A stretch of DNA of 64,000 nucleotides. It comes from Lysobacteraceae bacterium (GTDB lineage: Bacteria > Pseudomonadota > Gammaproteobacteria > Xanthomonadales > Rhodanobacteraceae). Position 1 is the stretch's first letter; each line of letters opens with the position of its first letter. The position numbers and the translations under genes were made by a program. Of this stretch, positions 7,300 to 16,491 are shown one piece after another. The stretch lies in NCBI GenBank assembly GCA_040255405.1, contig JBDZUX010000006.1, positions 3,862 through 67,861 of the forward strand, in the 5' to 3' direction. The notes under the pieces were generated by a model. The model ran no database searches. It saw only the letters and a program-made list of their open reading frames with translations, and was not told the origin of the DNA.

Positions 7300-9654
7300 T
7301 CAATGCAACGTCACGTCGCGCGGCGCGCCCGCGTCGAGCTTGACCGCGGTGAAAGCGCCGTGGTGATCGTGCCCGGTGGCCCAGCCTTCACCGGCAACCG
7401 ACTCGAGCGCCGCGGGCGTGGGGTAGTGCTCGAGCGCGCCTTCCTTCGTCCGCACGTCGGCAGCCGTGGTGCCGTGCAGCTTCACGAGGTAGTGCCGCAA
7501 TGCGGGCCGATAGCTGCCGGAAGGCGCCGCGATCCGGAACGTCACCCGGTCGCCATCACGCCAGGTCGAGAGCCGCTGCAGGAAATATGCGCCCTTCTCG
7601 TATGCGTACGTTGCGCCATCATCGTCGTAATAGTCGAAGTGCGTCGCGCGGCTGGACGGAAAGACTTCCACGGTCACGGCCGTGACCGGGCGCTGGCCGA
7701 CGTAGTCCATCACCGGCTGCGTCGGAATGATCGCGCCGTCGCGGATGAACAGCGGAATGTCGCGCCAGGCTTTGGCGTCCACCGGAACTTCGATGGTCTG
7801 GCCGCCCGCGTACGTCTTGCCGGTGAACCAGTCGGTCCATTGGCCCGCCGGAAGATAGATGCGCTTCGAAGTCTGGCCCTGCTCGACCACCGGCGACACC
7901 AGCAGCCATTGGCCGAACATCCACGCATCGACGTCGTCGCGCACCCTGGGATCGTCGGGCCAGCCGAACGTCAGCGGCCGTACCAGGCCGATGCCGTTGG
8001 CGTATTCGGAATGCTGGTACGCATAGATGTAGGGGATCAGCGATTGGCGCAAGCGGATCGCGGCGGTCGCGGCGGCTTCGGCCACCGGCCCGTAAACCCA
8101 TGGCTGGCGCTTCTCGTTGAAGGTGCCATGCACGCGGAAGATCGGCGTGAACGCGCCGAACTCGATCCAGCGCGCGTAGTTCTCGTCGGACGGATGGCCG
8201 TTGAAGCCGCCGCCGTCCATGCCCCATTTCGCCTCGCCGACGCCGATCGCGCTCAGCATGCGCGTGCGTTGCGCGGCCATGCTGGCAAAGCCCGTGTCGA
8301 TGTCGCCCGACCACATGCCGTACGCGTAACGCTGCGAGCCCAGCCAGAAGGTGCGGTTGATCGACCACACGCGCTGGTCGGTCTGCGCCCGCTGCGCGTC
8401 GTACAACGCGCGCTGCATGTTGAGGAACTGCGTGTTCGAGGTGAGCGTGCCATCCTTGCCGTACACGTCGGCTTCATCGTTCCACCAGCCGGCGATGCCC
8501 TTGTCGAAGCCGTACTTCATCGCGAGACCGGCGAACCAGCGCCGCGCTTCGGGTTTGTCGAAATCGACGTCCTTGGCCTGCTTGTGCGAAAAGTATTCCG
8601 GATACGCCTGCTCGCCCGGGATCCACAAGTCGTGCGCGGTCGCGTAGTCGCCTTCCGCGGTGCCCAGGAGCAGGCGCGGCTTCATGATGCCCGTCAAGTG
8701 CACGCCCTGGGCCTCCAGCATCTTCGCGAGCTTGCCGCTGGGCGCGTCCGGAAACTTTTCGGGATTCCAGCGGAATTCGCCGTAGTCGCCCTCGCCCCAA
8801 GCCTTCCAGTCGAAATCGAGGGTGAAGTTATCGATGGGAATGTGCTTGGCGCGATACGTCTTGACGAGGTCGAGCAGTTCCTTCTGGTCGATGCCCCACT
8901 GGCTGTTGGTGAAGCCCATCGCCCACTTCGGAAACAGCGGCGCGGATCCGCTGAGCTTGGCCAATTCCCCGAACAACTCCGTGGGCGTACCGACCAGGAT
9001 GTAATAGTCGGCGTCGGGTCGCTTGAACTTGTCGATCGTGATGCGGCCGCCCGCGAGATCGAAATCCGCGCCATCGCAATCGACCAGCACGCCGTATCCC
9101 TTGGTGCTCCACACGAACGGCGCACCGGCGTGACCCTGCTTGCCGGCCTGCGCCACCAACTTGCCGCTGCGCAGCAGGCCGGCCGTGACCGGCTGGTTGG
9201 CTTCGAAGCCGCCGATGCCGTATAGCGCATCGTCGGGCGCGTGGTCGAGCACGATGCGGCCCTGTGCCATTGCGGCGTAGTCGGTTTGCTGCAGCAACAC
9301 GCCGTGCGCACCCGCAACCTGCAATTCGCCCGTCTTGGGGTCCCAGGACACGACCATCCGGTTTGAACGCAGCGTGATGACATCACCACGCTTGCTCGCC
9401 TGCGGCTGGTACGACGGCGCCATGGCGGGATGTGGGTCGATCACAAGGCTGGACGGGGTGGCGCGTCTCTGTGCCGGCACGTAATGCACGTGCAGCACGC
9501 CGGACGCCACCATCTGCACCGAAATCGTTGCGCCATCCGGCAAAACACGCGCGCCGTCATCACGCAGCTGCGGCGTGACCGATGCATTCGCGGCCACAGC
9601 GAAGCCGGCCAGCAGCAAAACCAGAAGTGCGTACATGCGAAGGTTTGCCATCAT
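7300..9654 (-). CDS. Secreted GH31 alpha-glucosidase/alpha-xylosidase family enzyme
   Basis: The signal peptide is MMANLRMYALLVLLLAGFAVAANA. GH31 blocks are IPIDNFTLDFDW, GIAGWWNDEADV (nucleophile Asp region) and WLGSQRYAYGMWSGDI. The longer N-terminus in the track (to 9834) lacks a signal peptide and covers REP elements. Confidence 0.85.
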   Translation of the reverse strand: MMANLRMYALLVLLLAGFAVAANASVTPQLRDDGARVLPDGATISVQMVASGVLHVHYVPAQRRATPSSLVIDPHPAMAPSYQPQASKRGDVITLRSNRMVVSWDPKTGELQVAGAHGVLLQQTDYAAMAQGRIVLDHAPDDALYGIGGFEANQPVTAGLLRSGKLVAQAGKQGHAGAPFVWSTKGYGVLVDCDGADFDLAGGRITIDKFKRPDADYYILVGTPTELFGELAKLSGSAPLFPKWAMGFTNSQWGIDQKELLDLVKTYRAKHIPIDNFTLDFDWKAWGEGDYGEFRWNPEKFPDAPSGKLAKMLEAQGVHLTGIMKPRLLLGTAEGDYATAHDLWIPGEQAYPEYFSHKQAKDVDFDKPEARRWFAGLAMKYGFDKGIAGWWNDEADVYGKDGTLTSNTQFLNMQRALYDAQRAQTDQRVWSINRTFWLGSQRYAYGMWSGDIDTGFASMAAQRTRMLSAIGVGEAKWGMDGGGFNGHPSDENYARWIEFGAFTPIFRVHGTFNEKRQPWVYGPVAEAAATAAIRLRQSLIPYIYAYQHSEYANGIGLVRPLTFGWPDDPRVRDDVDAWMFGQWLLVSPVVEQGQTSKRIYLPAGQWTDWFTGKTYAGGQTIEVPVDAKAWRDIPLFIRDGAIIPTQPVMDYVGQRPVTAVTVEVFPSSRATHFDYYDDDGATYAYEKGAYFLQRLSTWRDGDRVTFRIAAPSGSYRPALRHYLVKLHGTTAADVRTKEGALEHYPTPAALESVAGEGWATGHDHHGAFTAVKLDAGAPRDVTLH

Positions 9655-9704
9655 CGAGTTTGTCCATCTTCTTGAAGCAAGCCGCAAGCGAAAACCCTCA
9701 CTCC

Positions 9705-9747
9705 TCATTCCGGGGCCGTCCGCGCTGTTTGCGGGCGGAACCCGGAA
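9705..9747. repeat. REP-type hairpin element (TCATTCCGGGG...CCCGGAA family)
   Basis: The sequence is tcattccggggccgtccgcgctgtttgcgggcggaacccggaa. It is near-identical in inverted orientation to 47194-47237, and the differences keep the inner stem paired. Confidence 0.7.
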
Positions 9748-9780
9748 CCCAGCGACTCTGCTCTCTACCGCAAAGTCACT

Positions 9781-9820
9781 GGGTCCCGGATCGCCGCTGC
9801 GCGGCGTCCGGGATGACGAC
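9781..9820. repeat. Second REP-like hairpin, followed by an A8 run
   Basis: The sequence is gggtcccggatcgccgctgcgcggcgtccgggatgacgac. The arms cccggaTcgccgc / gcggcgtccggg pair with a 1-nt bulge. Confidence 0.5.
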
Positions 9821-9864
9821 AAAAAAAAGAACATGCGCGTGCCGCAATGCGTACTGATGATCGT

Positions 9865-11418
9865 TCATTGCAGGATCGCGCTGCCGTATGGCGGCAATTC
9901 CAGTCGACCGCCGGCGAGCGTGGTGTCCGCGCGGGTGTGCCTGAGCAATGTGTGGAACCGACTGGAGGGCAGGTTCACGGCCTGCGGTTTGCCGGAAAGA
10001 TTGTGCAACACCAGCACGTCGCCTTGCGCGTCATCCAGTTCCCACGCCGCGACCTGCATGTTGGCATCGCGCCAGGCACGGGCAACACCGTCGCGCAGCG
10101 CGGGAATGTCGCGGCGCCAGTCGATCAGCATCCGGTACCAGTCGAGCAGCGACGCGGGATCGCCCTTTTGCGCTTCGACCGAAACATCGGGGTCATCTCC
10201 CGCCGTCCAGCCTTCCCACGTCGCTTCGCCCGGTCCCTCGCCGGTGCGATACCAGCGCATCGGTTCGCGCAGGTGCGGATCGGGTTTCTTGCCGCGCATG
10301 CCGAGTTCCTCGCCGTAATAGACGAACGGATGCCCCGGCAGCGTCAACAACATCGCGGCGGCCACGCGCATGTGATCGGGATTGCCGTCGAGCTGGCTCA
10401 TCACGCGTTCGGTGTCGTGGTTGGACAAGAGCGGCGCATTGTCAAAACGCCCGCGCGCAGCGGCGCGGTAAGCCGCGTCAACGCGTGCCAGCGTGGCGCC
10501 GATGTCACGGTCGGTCTCGGTCTTTGCGCTTTCGATCAACCGTGCGGCCAGCGGGAAATCGAACACCGCATCCAGCGCACCCATCCACGGCGCGAGGTCG
10601 GCCGGGTTCTGCTGCCACACCTCGCCCACCAGCCATGCGTGCGGATTGGCCGCCTTCATGGCGCGATCGAATTCGCGCCACCAGTCGAGATTCTTCTGCA
10701 GCACCGAGGCGCTGCCCCAGTCGGTCTCGAAGTCGAGATAGACGTGCTGCGCAGCGTCCAGACGGAAGCCGTCCACGCCCTTCTTCAGCCAGAACTTGCC
10801 GACATCGATCATTTCCCTGCGCACGGCCGGGTCGTCGTAGTTCAGGTCGGGCATCCCGTCCGTGAACACGCCCAGATAGTTTTGCCCATCCGGCAGCGCG
10901 TGCCACGCGAAACCGCCGGTGGCGCTGATCGCCTTGAGGTCGGTTTTCGACACGGCCCACGTGTACCAGTCGCGGTATTTGCCGTGCGGGTCGCGCGCCG
11001 CCTCGAACCATGGGTGCTGGTTGCTGGTGTGGTTGATCACCAGATCCATCACCACCTTGATGCCCCGCTGGTGGGCCTCGCGCAGCAGCCGCTCGAAATC
11101 GGCCATCGTGCCGTACTGCGGATTGATCGCGCGGTAATCGGTGATGTCGTAACCGTGGTAGCTGGGCGATGGATTGATCGGCATCAGCCAGATGCCGCTG
11201 ACGCCCAGCGACCGCAGGTAATCGAGCTTCGCCGTGACGCCGTTCAGGTCGCCGATGCCGTCGCCGTTGGTGTCGTACCAACTGCGCACGAAAATTTCGT
11301 AGTACACGCCGGATGAAGCTTCGGCGCCATCGGAACGGGTCGGTACCGCCGCGAAAGCTGGATCGATGCCTGTCAGCCCAATCAGCAACGTGGCTACGGC
11401 CAACGCAAACCGCTTCAC
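9865..11418 (-). CDS. Secreted GH13 alpha-amylase family enzyme
   Basis: The signal peptide is MKRFALAVATLLIGLTGIDPAFA. GH13 regions are VMDLVINHTS, GFRLDAAQH, LVGEVW and LSNHDTER. The GTG start overlaps the stop of the upstream halogenase-like gene (GTGA at 11415-11418). Confidence 0.9.
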   Translation of the reverse strand: MKRFALAVATLLIGLTGIDPAFAAVPTRSDGAEASSGVYYEIFVRSWYDTNGDGIGDLNGVTAKLDYLRSLGVSGIWLMPINPSPSYHGYDITDYRAINPQYGTMADFERLLREAHQRGIKVVMDLVINHTSNQHPWFEAARDPHGKYRDWYTWAVSKTDLKAISATGGFAWHALPDGQNYLGVFTDGMPDLNYDDPAVRREMIDVGKFWLKKGVDGFRLDAAQHVYLDFETDWGSASVLQKNLDWWREFDRAMKAANPHAWLVGEVWQQNPADLAPWMGALDAVFDFPLAARLIESAKTETDRDIGATLARVDAAYRAAARGRFDNAPLLSNHDTERVMSQLDGNPDHMRVAAAMLLTLPGHPFVYYGEELGMRGKKPDPHLREPMRWYRTGEGPGEATWEGWTAGDDPDVSVEAQKGDPASLLDWYRMLIDWRRDIPALRDGVARAWRDANMQVAAWELDDAQGDVLVLHNLSGKPQAVNLPSSRFHTLLRHTRADTTLAGGRLELPPYGSAILQ

Positions 11419-12956
11419 GATGCACTCCGCGCGACTGCATGCACCGCTTCGGTCGGTGCGGGCGCGCAGGTTTTCGCCACGAAATCATCGTGCGCGGGCA
11501 AACGCTCGACCGCACGGGAAACCAGCGTACGGATATCGGACAGGAACGCCTGCAATTTCGATTCCTCCAGTCCGTCGGCCAGCGGGTGGTAACGCGCGGG
11601 TTCGACCCGCTGGCCCAGCATCACCTGCAGCCAGCCGGTTTCGGTGAACAACTCGTCGGCCTCGCGGAAGATCAATCCGGTGCGGCGGAACAGTTCGATG
11701 CGGCGCGCAAGTTCCCCGGGAACCTCCATCGCCCCGCATTGCCGCCAGAACGGCGTGTCATCGCGCTCGGTGGCCTTGTAGTGCAGGATCAGGAAATCGC
11801 GCACGCGCTCGTATTCGAAGCGCGTCTGGCGGTTGTAGGTTTCGACCAGCAACGGATCGCAATGCCTGTCCGGGAACATCCCGAGGAAGCGTGCGATACC
11901 CGATTGCACCAGGTGGATGCTGGTCGATTCCAGCGGCTCCATGAAACCGGCGGCCAGGCCCAGCGCGAGGCAGTTGCGGTTCCACGCGAGCTTGCGCATG
12001 CCGGTGACGAAGCGCAGCGGGCGCGGATCTTCCAGCCGTTCGCCCTCGATGTTGGCGAGTAATTGCGCCGCGGCCTCGTCGTCGCTGATGAACTGGCTGC
12101 TGTAGACGTGGCCGTTGCCAGTGCGGTGCTGCAGCGCGATCCGCCATTGCCAGCCGGCCGTGCGCGCGAATGCCTGCGTGTACGGCCGCATCGGCGTCGA
12201 CCTTGCGCTGGCCACCGCAATCGCGCGGTCGCACGGCAACCAATGCTGCCAGTTTTCGTAGCCCGTCTTCAGCGCGCCCTCGATCAGGAGGCCGCGGAAG
12301 CCCGAGCAGTCGATGAAGAAATCGCCTTCCACGACCTCGCCGCTTTCCAGCCGCAACGATTCGACGAAACCGTCTTCGCCGCGCAGCTTCACCTCGACGA
12401 CCTTGCCCTCGATGCGCCGCACCATGCCCTCTGGAATGCGTTCGCGCAGATAGCGCGCGTAGCGCGCGGCATCGAACTGGTAGGCGTAGCGGATGCCGCC
12501 CAGCGGCGTGTTCGGCACCTTCTCCAGCCGCGCGAACTTGTTCGAGGCGGCCGCGGCTGCGTTCAGCGAATACGCCCACAGCGAATGCGCATCGCCTTGC
12601 GCGCGGCTGCGCAACCAGTAGTGGTGGAACGGCAGCAGGCCCAGCGGCAGCCCGACGTCGCCGAATGCATGGAGGTACGAATCGCCGATGCGTCCCCAGT
12701 CGTTGAGTTGCACGCCCAGCTTGTAGGTGCCGTGAGTGAAGCGCATCAGGTCATCCTCGTCGATGCCGAGGAACGCATTGATGTGCTGGATCTGCGGGAT
12801 CGTGGCCTCGCCCACGCCGACGGTGCCGATCTCGGCGGATTCGACCAGGTGTATTTCGCAGGCGCGCCCGACACCGCGCGCCAGCAGCGCCGCCGCCATC
12901 CAGCCGGCGGTGCCGCCACCCACGATCACCACGCGCCGGATCGCCGCGTCGTTCAT
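11415..12956 (-). CDS. FAD-dependent tryptophan-halogenase family protein
   Basis: The dinucleotide fold is MNDAAIRRVVIVGGGTAGWMAA, and the near-WxWxIP block is GWQWRIALQ. The protein is about 510 aa. An alternative GTG start is at 13016. Confidence 0.8.
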   Translation of the reverse strand: MNDAAIRRVVIVGGGTAGWMAAALLARGVGRACEIHLVESAEIGTVGVGEATIPQIQHINAFLGIDEDDLMRFTHGTYKLGVQLNDWGRIGDSYLHAFGDVGLPLGLLPFHHYWLRSRAQGDAHSLWAYSLNAAAAASNKFARLEKVPNTPLGGIRYAYQFDAARYARYLRERIPEGMVRRIEGKVVEVKLRGEDGFVESLRLESGEVVEGDFFIDCSGFRGLLIEGALKTGYENWQHWLPCDRAIAVASARSTPMRPYTQAFARTAGWQWRIALQHRTGNGHVYSSQFISDDEAAAQLLANIEGERLEDPRPLRFVTGMRKLAWNRNCLALGLAAGFMEPLESTSIHLVQSGIARFLGMFPDRHCDPLLVETYNRQTRFEYERVRDFLILHYKATERDDTPFWRQCGAMEVPGELARRIELFRRTGLIFREADELFTETGWLQVMLGQRVEPARYHPLADGLEESKLQAFLSDIRTLVSRAVERLPAHDDFVAKTCAPAPTEAVHAVARSAS

Positions 12957-13109
12957 TGCGGAAAGGTACAACGCGCGATTTGCAGAATTGCCCAGGACGG
13001 CAAAAGCTTTTGACACGGATCAATACGGATGAAGGCCGGCGAAGCGACCCGATCAGTGCCGAACCTCAACCACAACCTCGTCATTTCAAGACAGTCCACC
13101 GTTTTCGTG

Positions 13110-13154
13110 CTCGTCATTCCGGGGCGCCCCGCAGGGACGAACCCGGAATGACGA
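13110..13154. repeat. REP-type hairpin with the same outer arms as the 9705/47194 elements
   Basis: The sequence is ctcgtcattccggg-gcgccccgcagggacgaa-cccggaatgacgag, with 14-bp perfect arms. It lies between the TBDR stop and the halogenase start. Confidence 0.65.
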
Positions 13155-13213
13155 GAAATTCCCATGCGACACCGACTCCGTGCCATCGATGTCCGACTCG
13201 ATCCGTGCTCCGG

Positions 13214-16072
13214 TCAGAACTTGTACGACACGCCGACTTCGTAGCGGCGCCCGTATTCCTCCCACGTCAGCACCTGGCGCGGATCGCCATTCTGGTACGT
13301 GATGAACTTCTGGTTGGTGAGGTTGGAGCCCTGCAACAGGAACGTCAGACCCTTCAGGCGACCATCGGGAATCGTGTAGCTGACCTGCGCGTCGTAGATG
13401 CTGCCGCCCTTGATGGTCTGCAGGATACGCGTGGCGCTGATGCCCTGCACTTCGCCGAGGAAGCTGGTGCGGTAGCTGTCGCTGATGCGCGCTTCGAAGC
13501 CACCCTGCTGGAAGTAGATCGTGCCGTTGGCCACCCACTTCGACAGGCCCGGCACCGTGATCGCCTGCGGATTGCCCGCGTACGTGACGGAGCTCTTGGT
13601 GTAGTCGCCCGTCAGGATGAAGCCGAAACCGTCCAGCACCGGCACCGAGGTGAAAGCCTTGAACGGCAGGTTGATCGTGCCCTGCAGGCCCTTCACGTTG
13701 CCCTTGCCATCGTTGGTCGGCCCGGACACGACACCATAGGTGGTGCCGAGCTGCTGCTTCTGCGCCGGCGACAGGAACGCGTCGACGAACGGCGCGAAGT
13801 CGTGCAGGAAGCCCGCGCTCGGATTGATGAAATCCGTGAGCTTCAGGTAATACCCGGACACCGCCATGTACCCCTGGTTCTGTGCGAAGTAGTGCTCGAG
13901 GCTGATGTTGAAGTTGTCGGCCATGGTGGGCAGCAATTCCGGGTTGCCGCCATTCGCGCTGAAGTACGACGTGTTCGGATCGGTGGAAGTCAGATGCGTG
14001 ACGTTCCCACTGATCGCAAGGCTTGCGCTCATCTGGTCCATGCGCGGCCGCGCCAGCACGCGCGCCACGCCGACGCGCAAATCGGTGCTGTCGGTGAAGC
14101 CGAACACCAGGTTGGCGCTGGGCAGCCAGCGGGTATAGCTGGTACCGCCCGAAACCGGCACCAGGGTCACGACCGAGGAACCGGTGTTGCTCGTGCCTGC
14201 CGCAACACGCTGGCCCTGCGAGGATTCGTTGGTATGCGCCACCTGCACGCCGATGTTGCCGCGCACCGGCACGTTGCCGAGTGAAGTATCCAGGCCGAAC
14301 TGCACGAACGGCGTGGTATCGAGCTCGCGCACCTTCCAGTTCGGCGGCACGCCGATCGACGACAACGCGGTCGGGAACAGGTCGTAGGTGCCATTGGAGA
14401 GCAAATCCAGCGGGTTGTAGATCACCTGCGGGCCGATGCCCATCCACGCCAGCGGATCGCCGGTCCCGGCGGACGGGATCGGCGCGGTCTGCGCACCATT
14501 CGGAAGGACGATGAAGTCCTGGCCGATGTTGTAGTTCTTGTTGCGGGTGGCGCGATCGACGCCGAACTTCACGTTCGAGAACGGGCCGCTCATGAAGTCG
14601 TACTGGACGCTCAGGCGCAGCCGCGCGAGGTAATCGTTGGTATGCGGCGCGTTGATGAAGCCCGCCTGCACCACCGGCGGATTGTTGCCGCTGCCCCAGC
14701 CTTGCGGATCGGTCAGCAGCAGGCCCTGGGTGTAGTCCTGCGCGGTGTTGACGTACAGCAGGCCGTTGGATAGTTCGCTGAAATCAATGGTGTCGAGCGG
14801 ACCCGTCTTGCTGTATCCGGTGCCCGTATAGCTTTCGAGCAGGATGTCGCTGCGGTCGGCACGCGAGTAGCTGGCATCCAGTTCGCCCGACCAGCCTTCG
14901 CTGAAGCGGAACTTGTTGTTCCAACCGATGTTCCAGACCTTGGCGCGGGTCTTGTTGTAGTCATTGCGGACTACCGCGGCCACGCCGTCATACGTGCCGC
15001 TTTGATCGAAGCCGTTCTGCGCGTTGGCGGACGCCAGCGTCGCACCGCCCCACAGCAGCGGCAGCTCCATGCCCTTGGCTTGCTGGGTCTCGCGGAAGTT
15101 GTCCCAGGTGAGGTCAAGGGTGCTGGTGAAGTTGTCGCTCGGCTTGAATTGCAAGGTCGCGAGCAGGCCCAATCGGTTCAACTGGTCCGAGATGCCGTAA
15201 TTCTTGGAACCGCCCACCACCAAATTGCCGCTCGAGTCGGTGGGATAACCCCACGGTGCCTGATGTTCGATCTGCGCCGGATTGGATTCCATATCCACCC
15301 CCAGCGTGACGCCGAAGGTGTGGTCGGCGAACTGGTCGACGTACACGCCGTTCACCGAATAGCCGTGATCACTTACGCCTTCGCCGGGGGAAAGCGTGTC
15401 GAGGCTGTTCCACACGTAGCGCGCGTTGACCGCCGCGACTCGGTGGTCTTGCTCCAGGGGCCGGATCGTGCGCATGTCCACGGTGCCCGACAGCCCCTGC
15501 CCGATGAGGCCGGCGCTGGGCGACATGTACACGACCACCGAGTTGAACCAGCTCGACGGGTACTGGTCGTATTGCACGTCGCGGTTGTTGGAAGTGCTGA
15601 CCTGCTCGCGGCCGTTGACGAGCGCGGTCGAGAAATCGGGGCCAAGGCCGTGGATCGTGAGCACCTGCGGACGGCCGCTGAGCGTTTGCACCGCGAGGCC
15701 GGGCAGCCGGCCGAGCGTGTCGGCGATGCTGGTGCCCGGCAGTTTGCCGATCTGTTCGGCGGAAACCGCTTCGACGATTTCGTCGGAGTTGCGCTTGATC
15801 GCGGTGGCGTTCTGCAGGCTTCCGGCGTAGCCGTGTACGTTGATGGCCTGCAATTGGGTCGGCTGGCCCTTGCGCTTCTTTTGCTTGTCCGCGTCCGCCG
15901 GATCCTGGCTGGTGGTGTCCTGGTCGGTGGCGGTGGATTGCGCTTGCGGCTGCGCCTGTTCCTGCGCACCGCCCGCAGGTGCGCTGGCGGCGAAGGCGAT
16001 GTTGGCGCAAGTCGCGAGGCCGATGCCCGCGGAGAGCAGCGCCAGCGTCAGCATGTTGCGTTTCGGTTGCAT
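13214..16072 (-). CDS. TonB-dependent outer-membrane receptor (oligosaccharide/maltodextrin type)
   Basis: The signal peptide is MQPKRNMLTLALLSAGIGLATCANIAFA. A Gln/Thr-rich linker follows, then the plug block IVEAVSAEQIGKLPGTSIADTLGRLPGLAVQ, a long beta-barrel and the terminal ...YEVGVSYKF. Start taken at ATG 16072. Confidence 0.92.
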   Translation of the reverse strand: MQPKRNMLTLALLSAGIGLATCANIAFAASAPAGGAQEQAQPQAQSTATDQDTTSQDPADADKQKKRKGQPTQLQAINVHGYAGSLQNATAIKRNSDEIVEAVSAEQIGKLPGTSIADTLGRLPGLAVQTLSGRPQVLTIHGLGPDFSTALVNGREQVSTSNNRDVQYDQYPSSWFNSVVVYMSPSAGLIGQGLSGTVDMRTIRPLEQDHRVAAVNARYVWNSLDTLSPGEGVSDHGYSVNGVYVDQFADHTFGVTLGVDMESNPAQIEHQAPWGYPTDSSGNLVVGGSKNYGISDQLNRLGLLATLQFKPSDNFTSTLDLTWDNFRETQQAKGMELPLLWGGATLASANAQNGFDQSGTYDGVAAVVRNDYNKTRAKVWNIGWNNKFRFSEGWSGELDASYSRADRSDILLESYTGTGYSKTGPLDTIDFSELSNGLLYVNTAQDYTQGLLLTDPQGWGSGNNPPVVQAGFINAPHTNDYLARLRLSVQYDFMSGPFSNVKFGVDRATRNKNYNIGQDFIVLPNGAQTAPIPSAGTGDPLAWMGIGPQVIYNPLDLLSNGTYDLFPTALSSIGVPPNWKVRELDTTPFVQFGLDTSLGNVPVRGNIGVQVAHTNESSQGQRVAAGTSNTGSSVVTLVPVSGGTSYTRWLPSANLVFGFTDSTDLRVGVARVLARPRMDQMSASLAISGNVTHLTSTDPNTSYFSANGGNPELLPTMADNFNISLEHYFAQNQGYMAVSGYYLKLTDFINPSAGFLHDFAPFVDAFLSPAQKQQLGTTYGVVSGPTNDGKGNVKGLQGTINLPFKAFTSVPVLDGFGFILTGDYTKSSVTYAGNPQAITVPGLSKWVANGTIYFQQGGFEARISDSYRTSFLGEVQGISATRILQTIKGGSIYDAQVSYTIPDGRLKGLTFLLQGSNLTNQKFITYQNGDPRQVLTWEEYGRRYEVGVSYKF

Positions 16073-16196
16073 GGTTTCGTCCCCAGTGATGATCGTCGTT
16101 GTGCCTGCCGCGGGCTGCGCCGCGCGTGCGGACTCGCGCACGGGGCGCGGGGTCGTGTCTGCATGGTAGGGGCCGGGTTTCGCCGCGGACCGCCGG

Positions 16197-16210
16197 CGAA
16201 TACGTATTCA
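16197..16210. promoter_or_regulatory. Candidate operator palindrome (site 1) in the TBDR/alpha-glucosidase divergent region
   Basis: In cGAATACGTATTCA the inner 12 bp form a perfect palindrome with a CG centre. Confidence 0.45.
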
Positions 16211-16386
16211 TGGCGCGGCGCACCCGCGTTTGTTGCACCGCACCACGGCGCCTGCCGGCACGGTTCCGGTCGACACGCTTTCTGCGCAAACCCCCGGTGC
16301 ACGGACGGTCCTGCGCGCCCGGCGCTGCGCAGGCGTGCCGACGCCGGCGCCGCGTTTCGCCGGGCATGACGCACCCGCAACATCCA

Positions 16387-16400
16387 TGAATACGTATGCG
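16387..16400. promoter_or_regulatory. Candidate operator (site 2)
   Basis: The site is TGAATACGTATgCg. The 14-mer ATACGTATTCATGG (16200-16213) recurs exactly on the opposite strand at 16384-16397. Confidence 0.4.
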
Positions 16401-16491
16401 TGCACGGGCCAGGGTCCGCATGCCTGCCGCTAAGCTGGACGCCGTTTTCAGCGCCGCGGAGTCCCGTGCGCGCATGGCATGGGGCGTCTCG

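Noticed and set aside
9784-9829. Hairpin plus A8 run as a Rho-independent terminator for the amylase gene.
   Set aside because: On the minus strand, the amylase sense strand, the T-run precedes the hairpin. On the plus strand the hairpin is followed by A residues rather than T. It was therefore kept only as a REP-like repeat.
12953-13186. Small ORFs overlapping REP elements (for example 12953-13186, 42952-43179, 43992-44225, 55047-55229).
   Set aside because: Their reading frames run through palindromic repeats, giving the recurring KLHSDPGF-type peptides in both orientations. They lack RBS and context and are a by-product of the repeats.
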